A stretch of DNA of 64,000 nucleotides from Octopus bimaculoides (GCF_001194135.2 NC_068991.1:47138774-47202773), one strand, 5' to 3'. Positions 41,340-55,176 are shown, numbered from the stretch's first letter. Notes: a model not told the origin generated them from the sequence alone. A program made the numbers and translations.

Positions 41340-41644
41340 CTGTGAGAACAAGAGATAATTTGAGGAGGATACAAAGAAAATTTCACCTTAAAAAATTCTG
41401 TAAAAAGTGTGGTTAAAACAAACTTTAAGAATAAAATAAATCTGTGAAAAATTGAAGCCAGAATTTACAAACTGAAGCAGAAAATCTTAGTCTGCCTGTA
41501 AATGGCATTCTAGTAAATACTATAGAAAATTCAAATTTTTGCACATCAGAGATCTTTGATGCTTTCAATAACTTTATGTGGTATCTCAATTAAATTAGGT
41601 TAAAAGACAAGGTGCTGGCAATCTGTAACCATAGTAATGCTTAC

Positions 41645-41955
41645 AATTCCTTAGCCCTGGAACATCAAGAAGATCAAATAAAAATATTGTGAAGCAGAGG
41701 TAGATAAGAGACAGTGCACATATTCTCAGGTGTGTCATCAATGGTATGGTACAAAGTTTCCATTGCTTCAAGTTCTTTGGCATCCATATAACAGACAATC
41801 TCTCATGATCCTGGTGAAGACTAAGCAGTGCGTGTACTCCTTGAAGACATCAAAGGATCCACAGTTTCAAGGTTTTTGGCATCCATTTACTACTTCTCAT
41901 GATCTCAGCGAAGGCCCAGCAATACTTGTACTTCCTGAAGTACATCAAAGAAAAC
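41645..41955 (+). mobile_element. Rex1/Babar-like (CR1-group) LINE RT remnant with internal ~95-bp duplication
   Basis: FKFFGIHITDNLS and FKVFGIH...KAQQYLYFLKYIK match the recalled FKFLGxHIxxxLSW...KAQQRLYFLR motif. Confidence 0.6.
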
Positions 41956-43029
41956 TAATGTTTCATCTTTTTGGCTGCTTCTGAACTTCCAACAGTGAAA
42001 ATTTTGATTAATCAATCTATGGCTACAGTGTTACACAATTACAAAAACTGCTCTGTAATGACTAGAAGACTCCACAGTAGATACTGAGAGCTATACAGAA
42101 CAATTATTAACTGTTTTAGTCCTTTCCATAGAAGTAATTAACCAAAGCTGATTTTTGAAACTAACATGCTAACCCAAGTGACTAATTAAGGTTTCATTTT
42201 TAACTTGTAGTGATAATACGGACACATCAAAACATACAAACATTGGATAGAGAAACAAATTTTTTTTTTTTGTTTGTTTCTTTTTGCTTCTTGATTAAAT
42301 ACTGAGGTGTTAAGTATGCCATGTACCCACCGAATTGTACTACTTTCCATACTACATGAATCTGTTTATGAACCATATTGTTCCTGCGGTATTTACAAAG
42401 AAAAGATGAATTTCCTTCTGGATAACAAGAAACGACCGGACTTAATGTTCTCCTGCTAGTAGTCCTTACAATGCTGAACTACAGTATATCAACCACAGAA
42501 TCTACAATCACACACATGCTCACTTGCACATGCAGAGATATTTTATATTTATGAACTTAAAACTGTGTACTCCGACTAGTCATTAGCTGATACTTATTGT
42601 CTTAACTGTATGACATAATATTGTTCTTACTCTGTTCTTATCAACTTGCAACAAAATATGAACGCAATGGGATTGGACCATTGCTTCTGTGTAAGAGACA
42701 GGGATATGCGTCGAAAGAGGTGGGTGCATGCATGAGCAACTGAGATCATGCATGTAAGTGAATGAAGGAAAGTGACGCAGGGTGGTGGCACAGATGGCAA
42801 TAAGCAGATATTTTTTCTTTACTATCGCAGCTTTGTAAATGTGCCATTAGCTGAATGTAAATGTGATGTGTTCAACAGTAAAAGGTGAATATGGAATGAA
42901 GTGGTTTGTGAACAAAAATAGGTAAGATTAGGAGTAAAAAAAAAAATAACGATAATAATAATAATAATAACAATAATGATAATAATAATAATAAACAAAT
43001 ATTAAACAAAAGTAAAAGCTTATACATAT

Positions 43030-43520
43030 ATATGTGTATGTGTATTTACAAATACATATACCCATACATAAAATGGAACACTAGGAAATGAAATAAAAGA
43101 GACATGCTAAAGACACTATAAAAACAATTAAAGGAGATAGTTTTGATTGATCAAAAGGTAACTTTTTCTTTTTTTTTTTCAATATGTTTATTGATATATA
43201 TACATATGTGTATGCATGCTTGTATGCATGTGTGTATGTGTATATATTATATACACACACATACATACACAATTATATTAATGAATGTACATATACATAC
43301 ACATATATATATATCTACACATATGTACATACATATATATATATATATATATATACACATGTATATATATTATACACACGCATAGATACATAACTATATG
43401 CATATATGAATATTCACACATGAATACACATATCATTTACACACACGCACACACATACACACACATAGATACATACATATATACATACATACATACATAG
43501 ATACATACATACGTACATGC
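43030..43520. repeat. (TA/CA/TACA)n degenerate microsatellite
   Basis: Directly visible. Confidence 0.9.
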
Positions 43521-43626
43521 TCACACACAGGTATGCCTGTCTGTGTAAGTTATGCATGAAGTGAGCTTTAAAAAAAGATTAAATTGTCTAATCCTTTATG
43601 CCAAAGGGCAGATTGGGCCTTCCTAC

Positions 43627-43755
43627 CTCTGGACTGGCGAGCAGACACCTGGGAAGGTGAAAAAGAAGCTGAAGACAACTTGGCTGAAGAGTTAGAAGAG
43701 CTGATGGCTGGTGTATCTGCTGCGTTAGCGGTTGTTGCAGATGTAGGTTGGTCAA
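43627..43755 (-). CDS. Candidate 129-nt symmetric (phase 1-1) Ser/Thr/Ala-rich coding exon, gene unidentified
   Basis: Acceptor tctttctctgtaattgcag, donor AG|GTAGGA, length divisible by 3, open frame [42 protein letters not shown]; a GC-richer island between microsatellites. Confidence 0.5.
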
Positions 43756-43774
43756 CTGCAATTACAGAGAAAGA

Positions 43775-44062
<288 letters not shown>

Positions 44063-44419
44063 AAAGAAATAGATATGGAAAACACTTTAAAAAAGAAAAA
44101 ATAGAAAAATGACAGAGAAAACAACCACCACGCATGAATGATTTGTGTAGTAGTAGTAGTAGTAGTAGTAGCAGCAGCAGCAGCAGCAATTGCATTCAAG
44201 TAGAGTAGTTGATGGCAAAACAGAGCACTGGACAACATATTTATTAGCTATTTGTTATTTATTCTATCTCTTTAAATTCTGCTTTGTTCAAGTCCCACCA
44301 AGATCAATTTTGCCTTTCATGCTTTCAAAATTGAAAAAAAAAAAAAAATTTTACCAATACAAATAAAGTACTTTGATTGACTACAAATGAGGAGTTGTGA
44401 CACTCAACATCAAGTGGCT

Positions 44420-44760
44420 GCAAAGAATGTGAAATGACACAAATGAGACGACAACAGGCATTGACAGGATCAGTGACAAAAATAAGATGCAGATGCAGAC
44501 GCTGGAACTGGATCCAACACGTCCTCAGACATCGAGAAAGTGATTGTACAGTGGCACTAAAGTGGCAACTTGGGGGGGAAAGAGCAGCAGGGCACCCTAA
44601 AAACCACATGGCAAGAGACCACTGACAAGGAAAGGAGACAAGAAGGGTGGAGGAGTAGGAATTGAAACCAGAACAGTAGCAGAAAACAGAATTGGTTGGA
44701 GAGATCGTAAGGTGACCTAATGTGCCTCATGGCACAGAGAGAACTAACTAACTAACTAAT
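44420..44760 (+). mobile_element. RTE-clade LINE 3' end with (TAAC)n tail
   Basis: RCRRWNWIQHVLRH..DCTVALKWQLGGERAAGHPK, followed by the WR..RV..LCASW-like end and aactaactaact. Confidence 0.8.
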
Positions 44761-45070
44761 CTTTGACTTACTTAATCCCTTTGTTCCCTATGGAGCATAA
44801 GCTATCAACGAATTTTGTCTGCTGTTCTCAACTCCGGGCTGTCTTTTTTGCTTCTCTCCAGTTAGATCCCTAATTCTTCAGCTCAGCCTCAATATTCCAC
44901 CTCCAGTTATTTTTTTAGAGCATTCTCTCTTCAACTTCCCTTATGGGTTCCAGGTCAGTGCCAGACATGTAATATAGGATGTTGGTTTCCTTAAGGTGTA
45001 ATCTATTCATCTCCACTTGCTCTTCTGTTGCTGTCCTTTCAGATTTTGCTGCACTGTGTCTGATTTCCCT
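44761..45070 (-). mobile_element. Second RTE-clade LINE 3' end, tail-to-tail with the previous one
   Basis: Minus strand shows a degenerate RWNRLHLKET..TWNP.GK..R.N.WR..VDSLCS pattern and a taagtaag tail. Confidence 0.65.
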
Positions 45071-46986
45071 GAGGAAGCTTCCCCTCCCAGATCTTGTTGG
45101 TTTTGAATTGTCTTCGATGTTTCTGTAACTTTGCCCTTTTCTAGAAACAGGTACTGGCCCGACACAAGCTCATTTTTACTTTTGGGAAGACGTGCTCCCT
45201 ATTAACCAGGCCTCTATTCTTTGACCTGCTCAGCATTAGCGACCCTACCAGAAGCTTGCACTCCACTGGCATAGCTGTCAGGATCAATGAGGCACACAAT
45301 ACACCTCACTGTAACAAGGAGTGGGTCATGTGGTGGCGTAAATTGAGGCAGTCCAATATTGTACTTCATTTCATTCTGGAAATTAATTGCACTGACACTG
45401 GCGAGAAGCTGTTTTGGCATTTTCCCTGTCCTTCTATCCATTAGACAACGTCAATGTTGTAGAGAAGAGAGAACCACCAGATGGACAACTTCTAACCCCC
45501 TGTTCCACTTTGTCCAGGCCTGCAACCTGACAAAGACACCCCAGTGTCACCTTACTATGCTCCGCCAACACAAACTGAAGCAAGACTTTCCTGGTGTAGG
45601 TCCATTAATTCACAAGTAATACAAACACCGAAGAACACTCAACTACAAACTGCAGGAGAGAAAAAAAGAATCATTCTTGACAACAGCAATGCTAGGAAAG
45701 CTTTATAATTGAAACCATTTTATGCATCCTTCCTGTTTAGAGGAAATAGAGGCAACACACCCCATCTATTATATTGCATTGAGCATAATCAATCAATATG
45801 TTGCACAGATGCACCCTGTGCAATATAGTCCCACATCTAAATCACACTGTGGAACAGCATTACCTATTTTATTAGCTGAATCTGCTCAAGAGAAATCTAA
45901 CTCCCACATATTATTCAAGTTTGTAACAAAACAGTAGAGTGAGATGAAGTGATGGAGAAGAGAGTGGATTAGCTCCAGTTATTTTGCACAACAAATTAAT
46001 TTTCAAAATGCATAGGATAAATAGAAAGTATTTGTCAGCCGAACGTTATGGCCTAAAGTAGAAAAGTATAACACTTTTTTTTTTTTTTGGTTTAATTTTG
46101 AGGAAGGAATTGTGCCAATGGCCTTAGTAGGACCAGTGAGATCCAAATGGTTACTGTTGTTCCTTAACAGCCACAAGTTGATAACTGCATGACAAACATA
46201 TGCAAGGAGGCAATTCCAGGAGGGTTAATATTCTAGGGAAGGGACTCAATAATTTGGGAGAAAGATGAGTGAGGTGAGTAGCTTTTTAATTTCATGTAGG
46301 CTTGGAGGTCAGCACCATCATGAATATTTATTAATAAACAGAAATAATCATGGACTATGTCAGAGTCCTAAGCTGGCTTCCAACTCTTCTTTTTTCCACA
46401 AGTCACAATAAATTAGACACCATCAACAAAATTGTCTCTTAGGAGGACACAGAGACGTGGACATACATCATCATCATCATGGTTATATTACCATCACAAA
46501 TATTAAAAAAATAACTAAGCATGCAACAGAGTGTAATTAACTGCAGTAGTCAATTCTTGCAACTACAAGTCCTACAGCTAAAAAAAAAAGTACAAGAACA
46601 ACAAACCCCCAACCCCAGCATGATTACAAGGGATACCTGTCTGCCTGATCCCTTCTTTGGATCCATGTAACACAAAAGTCTGATTGGTTATTCATTTGTG
46701 AATCTTAGGATAATCTATCTCTACTAAACATTGACCATCCACTAAACATTTCCAGCCACAAGTAGAAGCATAGATATGCCAATAAATAAACATGGATAAT
46801 GTGGGGAGAGGGGGCAATAAAAAACACATTAATTCAGTATGATACATCATAATTCATCTAAACAGAGTGTAAGCTACAAAAGAGCTTAATGAAAATTTAC
46901 ATGCAATAACAAATATGTCAAGGCTGTGACATAATCTCGCATAATAGTAAAAAAAGCACTGGAAGAAAAATCTGAAACACCATATT

Positions 46987-47021
<35 letters not shown>

Positions 47022-47139
47022 TGTGTGTGTGTGTACATGCAAGAGCATGTGTGTGTGTGTGTGAGAAAGAGAGAGAGAGAGAGAGAGTGTGTGTGTAAAC
47101 GCAAGTGCGTGTGTGAGAGAGAGAGAGAGNNNNNNNNNN

Positions 47140-47199
<60 letters not shown>

Positions 47200-47618
47200 T
47201 CTTTTACTAGTTTCAGTCATTAGACTGCAGGTATGCTGGGCCACCACCTTGAATTTTTAGTCAAATGAGTCAAACCCCATTATTTCTAATTCAAGTCTGG
47301 TACTTATTCTATTGTTCTCTTTTGCCAAACTGCCAAGTAACGGGGATGCAAACACACCAACACCGGTTGTCAAGTGGTGTGGGGTGGATGGACAGACAGA
47401 AAGACACACACATACACACATAGACAGACAGATAGATGATGGGCTTCCTTCAGTTTCCATCTACAAAATCTACTCACAAGGCTTTGGTCAGCTTGAGGTA
47501 TAGTAGAAGACACTTACCATAAAGTACCATAAAATGAGACTGAACCAAGAACCATGTGGTTGGGAAGCAAGTTTTTACTACACAGCCACGCTTACACACA
47601 CACATACACACACACACA

Positions 47619-47669
<51 letters not shown>

Positions 47670-47707
47670 GCGTGGCTGTGCGTATGTATATATGTATGTA
47701 TGTATAA

Positions 47708-47752
<45 letters not shown>

Positions 47753-48530
47753 ATCTCTTTTCAACTCAGAGCTATGGCAGAGTGAATCATCAGCTTCAAA
47801 CAAATTAACTCTGCTACACATATTGTATACTTTTTGTCCTATTTGTACATGCTAGTGTGCACATGTGCATATGTGAAGACAACACTTGCAAACCAATAGA
47901 AAAAGCCAAAATGAAATAGAAAATAATAGCAATAACTGTATGTGGTCAAACCACATGGCTTGGTGCTTAAGTACATTTCTCTTACCCTACCTGATGTCCA
48001 TTATATTATCAGTATTTTCTCACTATCCTCCCTAAGATATGTGTATGAGAGAGAATACTTGATTGAGAAAGGGAAAGACAAAAGTAAGATTAAGAGCTCT
48101 CAAGGAAAGCAGGAGTTTGGGTGGGGGCGGATTATGTGTGAGTGTTTTCATTGTCGTGTTTAATCCTTCTACCACTGCTACTATCAGTTATTCATATAAA
48201 CCCTCATAAAATCCTAGCTATAACTGTCCCTCTGCAAAGACCGCCTGTGAATACCCGTGAGCCAAACCAAGGATTAGAGTTCAATGCTAATGAAGAGACA
48301 GGACAGAAAAAAGAAACCATTGTTTTCACTTTAAGAATCAACCACCAGAAGCCAAATCTGCAAGCAGATTAACAGATCATGGCTCATGGAATGAAATAAT
48401 TACTCAAAATATTTCCAATATTAATCCTGCAATATTCTGAGCAAACAAAAATGAAAACAAGTATCAACGTCCACCAACAACTTAGAAATAATACTAATAA
48501 CCTTAATTGCCATGTTGTATTTTTCTTCAA

Positions 48531-48843
48531 GTGGAGGTGCAATGGCCCAGTGGTTAGGGCAGCGGACTCGCGGTCGGAGGATCGCGGTTTCGATTCCCAG
48601 ACCGGGCGTTGTGTGTGTTTATTGAGTGAAAACACCTAAAAAGCTCCACGAGGCTCCGGCAGGGGGTGGTGGCGACCCCTGTTGTACTCTTTCGCCCCAA
48701 CTTTCTCTCACTCTTTCTTCCTGTTTCTTGAGTAACGCTGCAATGGGCTGGCGTCCCGTCCAGCTGGGGGGAACACAAATGCCATAGAAACCAGGGAAAA
48801 CGGGCCCATGAGCCTGGCTAGGCTTTGAAAGGACAACGTTTTT
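48531..48843 (+). mobile_element. Young tRNA-derived SINE, head A' with tail-2-like end
   Basis: A box TGGCCCAGTGG, B box GTTTCGATTCC, CpGs retained, perfect 13-bp TSD tatttttcttcaa (48518-48530 and 48844-48856). Confidence 0.9.
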
Positions 48844-49202
48844 TATTTTTCTTCAAAAGAATAACGGTATGTAGCATTATCTAAGTTTAGGTAGCTTATT
48901 CTTTCTGTGTCAATATGTCTAGCAATGTGGGCATGTGTATGTTTGTTATGTGTGGTGAGTATAAATGCTGTTGCTGCTGATCCTCCAAAAGTATTCCAGC
49001 CATGACCATTCCATTCTATTTTAAGGCATAATGCAAATAAACTGTATTATGCTATATATCTTTATTTTTATAGGATACCATTATAACTTAAGTGAGATTT
49101 AGCTGCTATTTCTAGTGGATCAAATGACAAATGTAAGGACAGTGATATTTGATATTAATGATTCCAACAACTTTTAATTACAGTGATGGTCATAATAATA
49201 AT

Positions 49203-49453
49203 AATCCTTTCTACTATAGGCACAAGGCCTGAAATTTTGGAGAGGGAACTAGTCAATTACATCAACCTCAGCAAGCCACTGGTACTTAATTTATCGACCC
49301 CAAAAGGATAAATGGCAAAGTTGACCGTGGTGGAACTTAAACTCAGAACATAAGGATGAACGAAATGCCAGGATGAACGAAATGCCAGGATGAACGAAAT
49401 GCCGCTAAGCATTTTGTTCGGCATGCTAAAGATTCTGCCAGCTCACTGCCTTA
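49203..49453 (-). mobile_element. SINE family H with internal 17-bp triplication (ggatgaacgaaatgcca, 49354-49403)
   Basis: Reverse complement of the 14727/52154 units. Confidence 0.8.
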
Positions 49454-49471
49454 ATAATAAAAATAACAAAA

Positions 49472-49830
49472 CTAGAGCACTCAGAGAGCGCAAACCCCTG
49501 CCAAGGCAACACCAATGTCCTCACAACGATTAGCCAGAGATGGTTTCTAAAATGAGAATATCTGAAATAAACTCGACTGCTCTCACAAACAAGAGTACTA
49601 AAAATGAACCCGGCCGCTCTCAAAAATTTTTTAAAAAACAGGAAAAATAATCCAGAATCCTTGACCGGTACTGGATCTATCCCCAAATCTAATCAGTTCA
49701 TGCCAGTCACGAGGCCAAACATCCTTGAAAGTTTCATCCAAATCCATCCAGCAGTTCTTGAGATATTTTGTCCACGGACAAACAAACACAACTGAAAACA
49801 ATACCCCCACCTTCGCTAAAGTAGAGATAA
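49472..49830 (+). mobile_element. Helentron/Helitron-like non-autonomous element
   Basis: Starts ACTAGAGC in an A-rich site, contains 'aagtttcatccaaatccatcc' and gacaaacaaac, and ends with a short GC hairpin-like ccaccttcgctaaagtagag. Assignment by recalled pattern. Confidence 0.5.
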
Positions 49831-50104
49831 TAATGGCTTCTAATTTAGGCACAAAGCCAGCAATTTTGAGGGGAGAGTGTTAGTTGGTAATAATTTCAGC
49901 CTAGATATAAGAGCATTTTGACTAATTTCTGGAGGTCCAAGCAATGGACCTCAAAGGCTTGCAAGTTAGTTGTAACCTGCCGAGTACCCCCAGTACAGCC
50001 CTGATCAAACAGAACTATGACACCTTTGTACTTGACTGTTATGATAAGGTTTGACCTACAGTAACTCCAGATATGTCAAGATGGGAAACAGTGGCAAACT
50101 GCAG

Positions 50105-50139
<35 letters not shown>

Positions 50140-51009
50140 TAATAGAGGATTATGCAAAAGCTTCAATGCTATTCTAAAATTATACAATCACATTATCAAA
50201 ATTTTGAAGCAACAAAATAATGAAAGATTAATTAAAAACAATGTGAATGAAAAAGCATAACATTTGAATTTAAAATCTGAATGCTAAAGGGCTAAGGAGC
50301 CATACAGGTCAAAAGGGAGCTTTTAATGGCTTATTCTGAAGAAGAAGGGTAGTACCCATACCATTTTACTGGGTTTCTGAGACTGGTGGAAAAAAGAAAA
50401 GAAGAAACCACAATTGAGAGTTAATCTTATGACTGGAAGCCTGAACCAAATGCTTGCAACACATGATCTCTGGTGAAGGTACTCAAGGACAAATGGTCAT
50501 GGGAAACCGTTGATGTGGTCATTCAATCTGCTAAGAACACTAGTCAAATATCCCTCAAATCACACCCTACTCTCATAAAAGGAAAAGTATATTGAACAAG
50601 GAAGTTACTGATATACAAAATAGGATGATTGCAGTAAGAATTCCATTGATCATGGACTGGCTTAATCAGGGCTGGCCCAAGGCTAATGGGCATACAGACA
50701 TCAACAAACAGCAATACACACACACACACACGATGAAATGATCACACACACACATGTTACCAACACACACTACCACACACATTAAATACATATACATTAT
50801 CAAACACATACACACACATTACAAACACACCACCAACCAATGCACAAATTTTTGCTTTCCCTCACATCCATAAAAAGACAAAAAAAAAAAAAGAAAAGAA
50901 TTTCCTCCTTTTTTCCTTTTTACATGATTCCCTAAAACTTTTAAACTTATTATATTTCAATCAATGATAAGAGAAAGGACTGTTGTGATGGCAGCTATTC
51001 TTCCTTGTC

Positions 51010-51480
51010 CTATCGCCGCCCCACATGCAAGCACCGCCCACCTCACTTACCCAAATCCTGCAGCCTACTTCAATACCCCCAAAAAAAATATTTTAGATAG
51101 AAAAAAATCTTTTCTTTTAAAGCTTTCACTTCTCTTTCTCTCTCTTTCTCACACACACACGACACCCATCTTCACCTACCACTTCACCTCTTTTACCTTA
51201 TGAATCTTCCCTGCCTCCATCCTTCCCACCCAACCACCCACAAAAACTGCTCCAGTTTTGCTCCATATTTTCAAAAAAAAAACTGTACCACCCTCCCTCT
51301 CACACACTCTGCTCCCACCCCTGTCATCGACTACCATTACCCTCCTCCCCCCTCCCTCATACACCTACATACACCCAACCAAAGATAGTCACATTATAAT
51401 AAGAACATTAAAAGGCCCTCCTTTCCAATCACTGCAACAACAACAACAACAATGCTGACACCACCACCGACACCACCCTA
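51010..51480 (-). promoter_or_regulatory. Possible 5' exon/regulatory region: consensus donor TGG|GTAAGT at 51051/51050 with two GC boxes (51016-51021, 51034-51039)
   Basis: Motifs seen directly; function inferred only. Confidence 0.25.
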
Positions 51481-51696
51481 CCATTTCTCAACTTCTTCAT
51501 CTTAACAACAACAATAATACTACTGCTGTTTTCTTTCTTTGCTTGTTTTTTTTAATATTTTTTTATATATACATTATATTAACTTATTTTATTCATTTAT
51601 TTATTTATTTATAAACTGAAGTAAATAAACCTCGAACAATACTCTCGCATCCATACACAAGTTTACATGTATACACATACACATGTTCATGTGTGC

Positions 51697-51731
<35 letters not shown>

Positions 51732-51969
51732 TGCATGCAGGCAACCTACCACAAATTTGATAGAGAGGATTAAACATATAGTAAAAAATAAAAAGACTTA
51801 ATTAAAAAAAAGGACAATTGATAACAATGAAAATATGTCTCCCCACTATTCCACCCCCATCTCCGAGCAAGTTTCTAATATTGGATTACAATATTTAAAA
51901 GGTTCACATCATTCTGAAAATGAGCACTTGCCACAGAAGAATACTGTGTGTGTGTGTGTGTGTGAGTGT

Positions 51970-52009
<40 letters not shown>

Positions 52010-52149
52010 GTCAAATGTGTATGTGTGCACACTCATACACACAAATGACCTTGTGTGTTAATTTGAGACTTTTACAAATGTTCTTTGTAGTGAAAGTGGA
52101 AATACTTTTTATTTACATTTATTTATGTATTCCAATTATTATCATCCTT

Positions 52150-53038
52150 ATTAAGGCAGCGAATTGGCAAAACCATTAGTATGCCCAGCAAAATGCTTAG
52201 TGGCATTTCACCCATCGCTACATCCTCAGTTCAAATTCCACCGGGGTTGACTTTGCCTTTCATCCTTTCAGTGTTGGTAAAATAAGCACCAGTTGAACGC
52301 TGGGTCAATCTAATCAACTGGACCCCTCCCCACAAATTTCAGGCTTTGTTCCTATTATAGAAAGGATTATTATTTTCATTATTAAGGCAGCGAGCTTATA
52401 AGATCATTAGCACACTGCACAAAATGTTTAGCAGTATTTCGCCTGCCGCTACATTCTGAGTTCAAAGTCCACCAAGATCAACTTTACCTTTCATCCCTCC
52501 AGGGTTGATAAAATAAGTACCAGTTGAACACANNNNNNNNNNNNNNNNNNNNNNNNNNNNNNNNNNNNNNNNNNNNNNNNNNNNNNNNNNNNNNNNNNNN
52601 NNNNNNNNNNNNNNNNNNNNNNNNNNNNNNNNNNNNNNNNNNNNNNNNNNNNNNNNNNNNNNNNNNNNNNNNNNNNNNNNNNNNNNNNNNNNNNNNNNNN
52701 NNNNNNNNNNNNAGTGAACTAGCAAAACTGTTAACACACCAAGCAAAATGCTTTGCAGCATTTCGTCTGTCTTCAAATTCCACCAAGGTCAACTTTGCCT
52801 TTCATCCTTTCAGGATCGATAAATTAAATACCAGTGAAACACTGGGGTTGATGTAATTGACTAGTCCCCTCCCCCAAATTTTAGGCCCTGTGCCTATAGT
52901 AGAAAGGATCATTATTATTATCATTAAATTAAGTACCAGTGAAACACTGGGGTTGATGTAATCAACTAGTCCCCTCCCCCCAAAATTTCAGGCCTTGTGC
53001 CTATAGTAGAAAAGATTATTATTATTATTATTATTATT
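52150..53038 (+). mobile_element. Tandem cluster of at least 3 SINE family H copies plus a duplicated 3' tail, interrupted by N-gap 52533-52712
   Basis: Repeated ggcagcga..gc.aaa.cattag heads and ggccttgtgcctatagtagaaa + (TTA)n tails. Confidence 0.85.
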
Positions 53039-53343
53039 AAATTGATAAAATTATGGTGGTAAGGTGGTTGATAAATTAAAAATTAGCTTGGATTCAATCC
53101 AGTCATTCAAAACCTTGAGCACCACCACCTACAAATCTGTGAGCCTTGCACTACTAATTCAATGTGCTGAAAGAAGGGTTACCATGCCAAACTAAATCCT
53201 TTCCTTTTCTACACTCCAAGTTCAAATCTTCCCAGCATCAAGTTTACTTTTCAGTTATCCGGGATCAATAAAATAAGGCCCTATCAAGTTAAAGAGCCAG
53301 TCCTCACCTATGTCTGGGGGTGGCTTGGTAATATGCACTATGC

Positions 53344-53493
53344 CAGTGATTCCCAACCTGTGGTCCGCAAAGGTAGTATGGGGGGAGGGGTCCACGAACA
53401 TGTTAAGCTGACAGACCTTTCAATATCCTGGGGTTTGTGGGAAAACTCATTTTAATAAGAGGTCCTTGGTAGCAAAAAGGCTGGGAACCACTG
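53344..53493. mobile_element. hAT-type MITE (150 bp)
   Basis: TIR cagtgattcccaacc / cagtggttcccagcc; 8-bp TSD cactatgc / tgctatgc. Confidence 0.8.
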
Positions 53494-53597
53494 TGCTATG
53501 CTTTCACTAACTGCTTGTTTGTTGGGTGCCTATGTAATCATGAGCAGTCACAGGCATGTTACCTACTGCCCTGCCCTTTGACCCAGCAGTACATCCA

Positions 53598-54010
53598 GAA
53601 AGACATGTGGCTTAGTGGCTAGGATATTCAACTCACTACCTTATGATCATGAGTTTGATCCAGTCCACTCAGCTGGCAATAATGAGTAGTGAGTTCAAAT
53701 TCCGCTGAGGTCAACTTTGCCTTTCATTCTTTCAGGGTCGATAAATTAAGTACCAGTTCTGTACTGGGGTCAATTTAATCGACTGGCCAAAAAATTTGGG
53801 CCTTGTGCCTAGAGTGGAAAAGAATGAGTAGTACCTGTAATTCAAAGTGGCCAGTGTTGTCACATTCAGTGTCAAGCTGATTCTCCCCGAGAATTACATT
53901 AAGGGTACACAGATCTGTGGAGTTCTCAGCTACTTGCAAGTTAATTTCACAAGCATGCTGTTCCATTGACCAGATCAACTGGAACACTCATCGTCGTAAC
54001 TGGCAGAGTA
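53598..54010 (+). mobile_element. SINE head A with tail 1, interrupted by a 5'-truncated SINE H (53691-53822)
   Basis: 10-bp TSD aatgagtagt at 53681-53690 and 53823-53832. Confidence 0.8.
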
Positions 54011-55079
54011 CCACTGTTAATGTTCAGAAAGTGACAGCAGAAGAGGGAGAGAGCTACACCAGCACTCAGCCAGTATACATTTTCAGTTGAGTAGATTAAA
54101 CAAATTAGACTTTGATAAAAAGATTTATTTTCCATCTTCCTTTTTGTTAAGTAATCTATTACAATTGGTTTACATTTGGGACATCATACCTGTGTTGAAA
54201 ACAATAAGAGAACAAACAGGTCTCCCTGGAAATATCTACAGAGTTGCAAGATCTGCCAGAAAGAGCAGCCAAAATCTGGTTCAACTCACATCCTGCCGCA
54301 TAAGTACTGCACTGGATAATATAATCCTAGTTACATGATGGTTGGATTAAAAGAGAAATAAATCACAGCTGGAACATCTCTAATTGTAGACCTACTCAAT
54401 CAAGACTGACTTGAGAAAAACAATAATAAAAATAAAACAATAAAATCCATTACTTTAATTATTATTTAAACCATTGAGAACCATTATGACATGAATATTG
54501 GCAGTGATTGCAACCATCACAACCAATCACCGTCATCAGTATTGTTATTCATTATGACTGCTATTAATCATCATAACTCTTAAATCTTCATTGCTAGTAT
54601 CAGTCATCATCACATACATACTGTCGACTGTCACAGTTACCATCATTATTATGTTATACATATTTCTGCCTTAGCAAACACCAGAACACCCTGCCCAGAT
54701 CTAAACAGCCCTCTGCCCCCCAGACATGCCCAGCCCACCAACTAATAGTGAAATCCGAAACTAACTTACACAACAACAGGAAACTTGAGAACAAGAGTAG
54801 AGGGGAGGGGAGTAGTAAAATGAGCTTGTGGGAGAAGAAAAATAGTGTCTGCCAGGGACAAGCAAGTGGAATGCAAAATATTTCTTCCCTTCATCTTAGC
54901 TATTTGAACAGTGCTTCCGATTTTTGTGCTGATACCCAAGCGGCATCGGATATCACCGGAGATGTCTTGAAACTGAAGTTCCGGATGAGATCAGGAAAAT
55001 CACTCAGCAAAACAACAGTAAGGTGAGTTGTGTTGTGCGTGTGCACATATATGCATTGTTAGATTGTGTGTGTATACAC

Positions 55080-55110
<31 letters not shown>

Positions 55111-55134
55111 AACAAACACAAATGAATGTATATG

Positions 55135-55174
<40 letters not shown>

Positions 55175-55176
55175 CA

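Noticed and set aside
42831-42884. Plus-strand 54-nt segment with strong acceptor and AAG|GTGAAT donor (FVNVPLAECKCDVFNSK)
   Set aside because: Isolated, no homology, and on the opposite strand to the better exon candidates; not supportable without RNA data.
45360-45720. Possible GIY-YIG/Penelope endonuclease remnant, or 5' UTR exon at 45556-45650
   Set aside because: No intact GIY/YIG motif; the resemblance is too weak to call.
48531-48610. Possible tRNA gene
   Set aside because: Has A and B boxes but no acceptor-stem pairing, and continues into a SINE body with a TSD.
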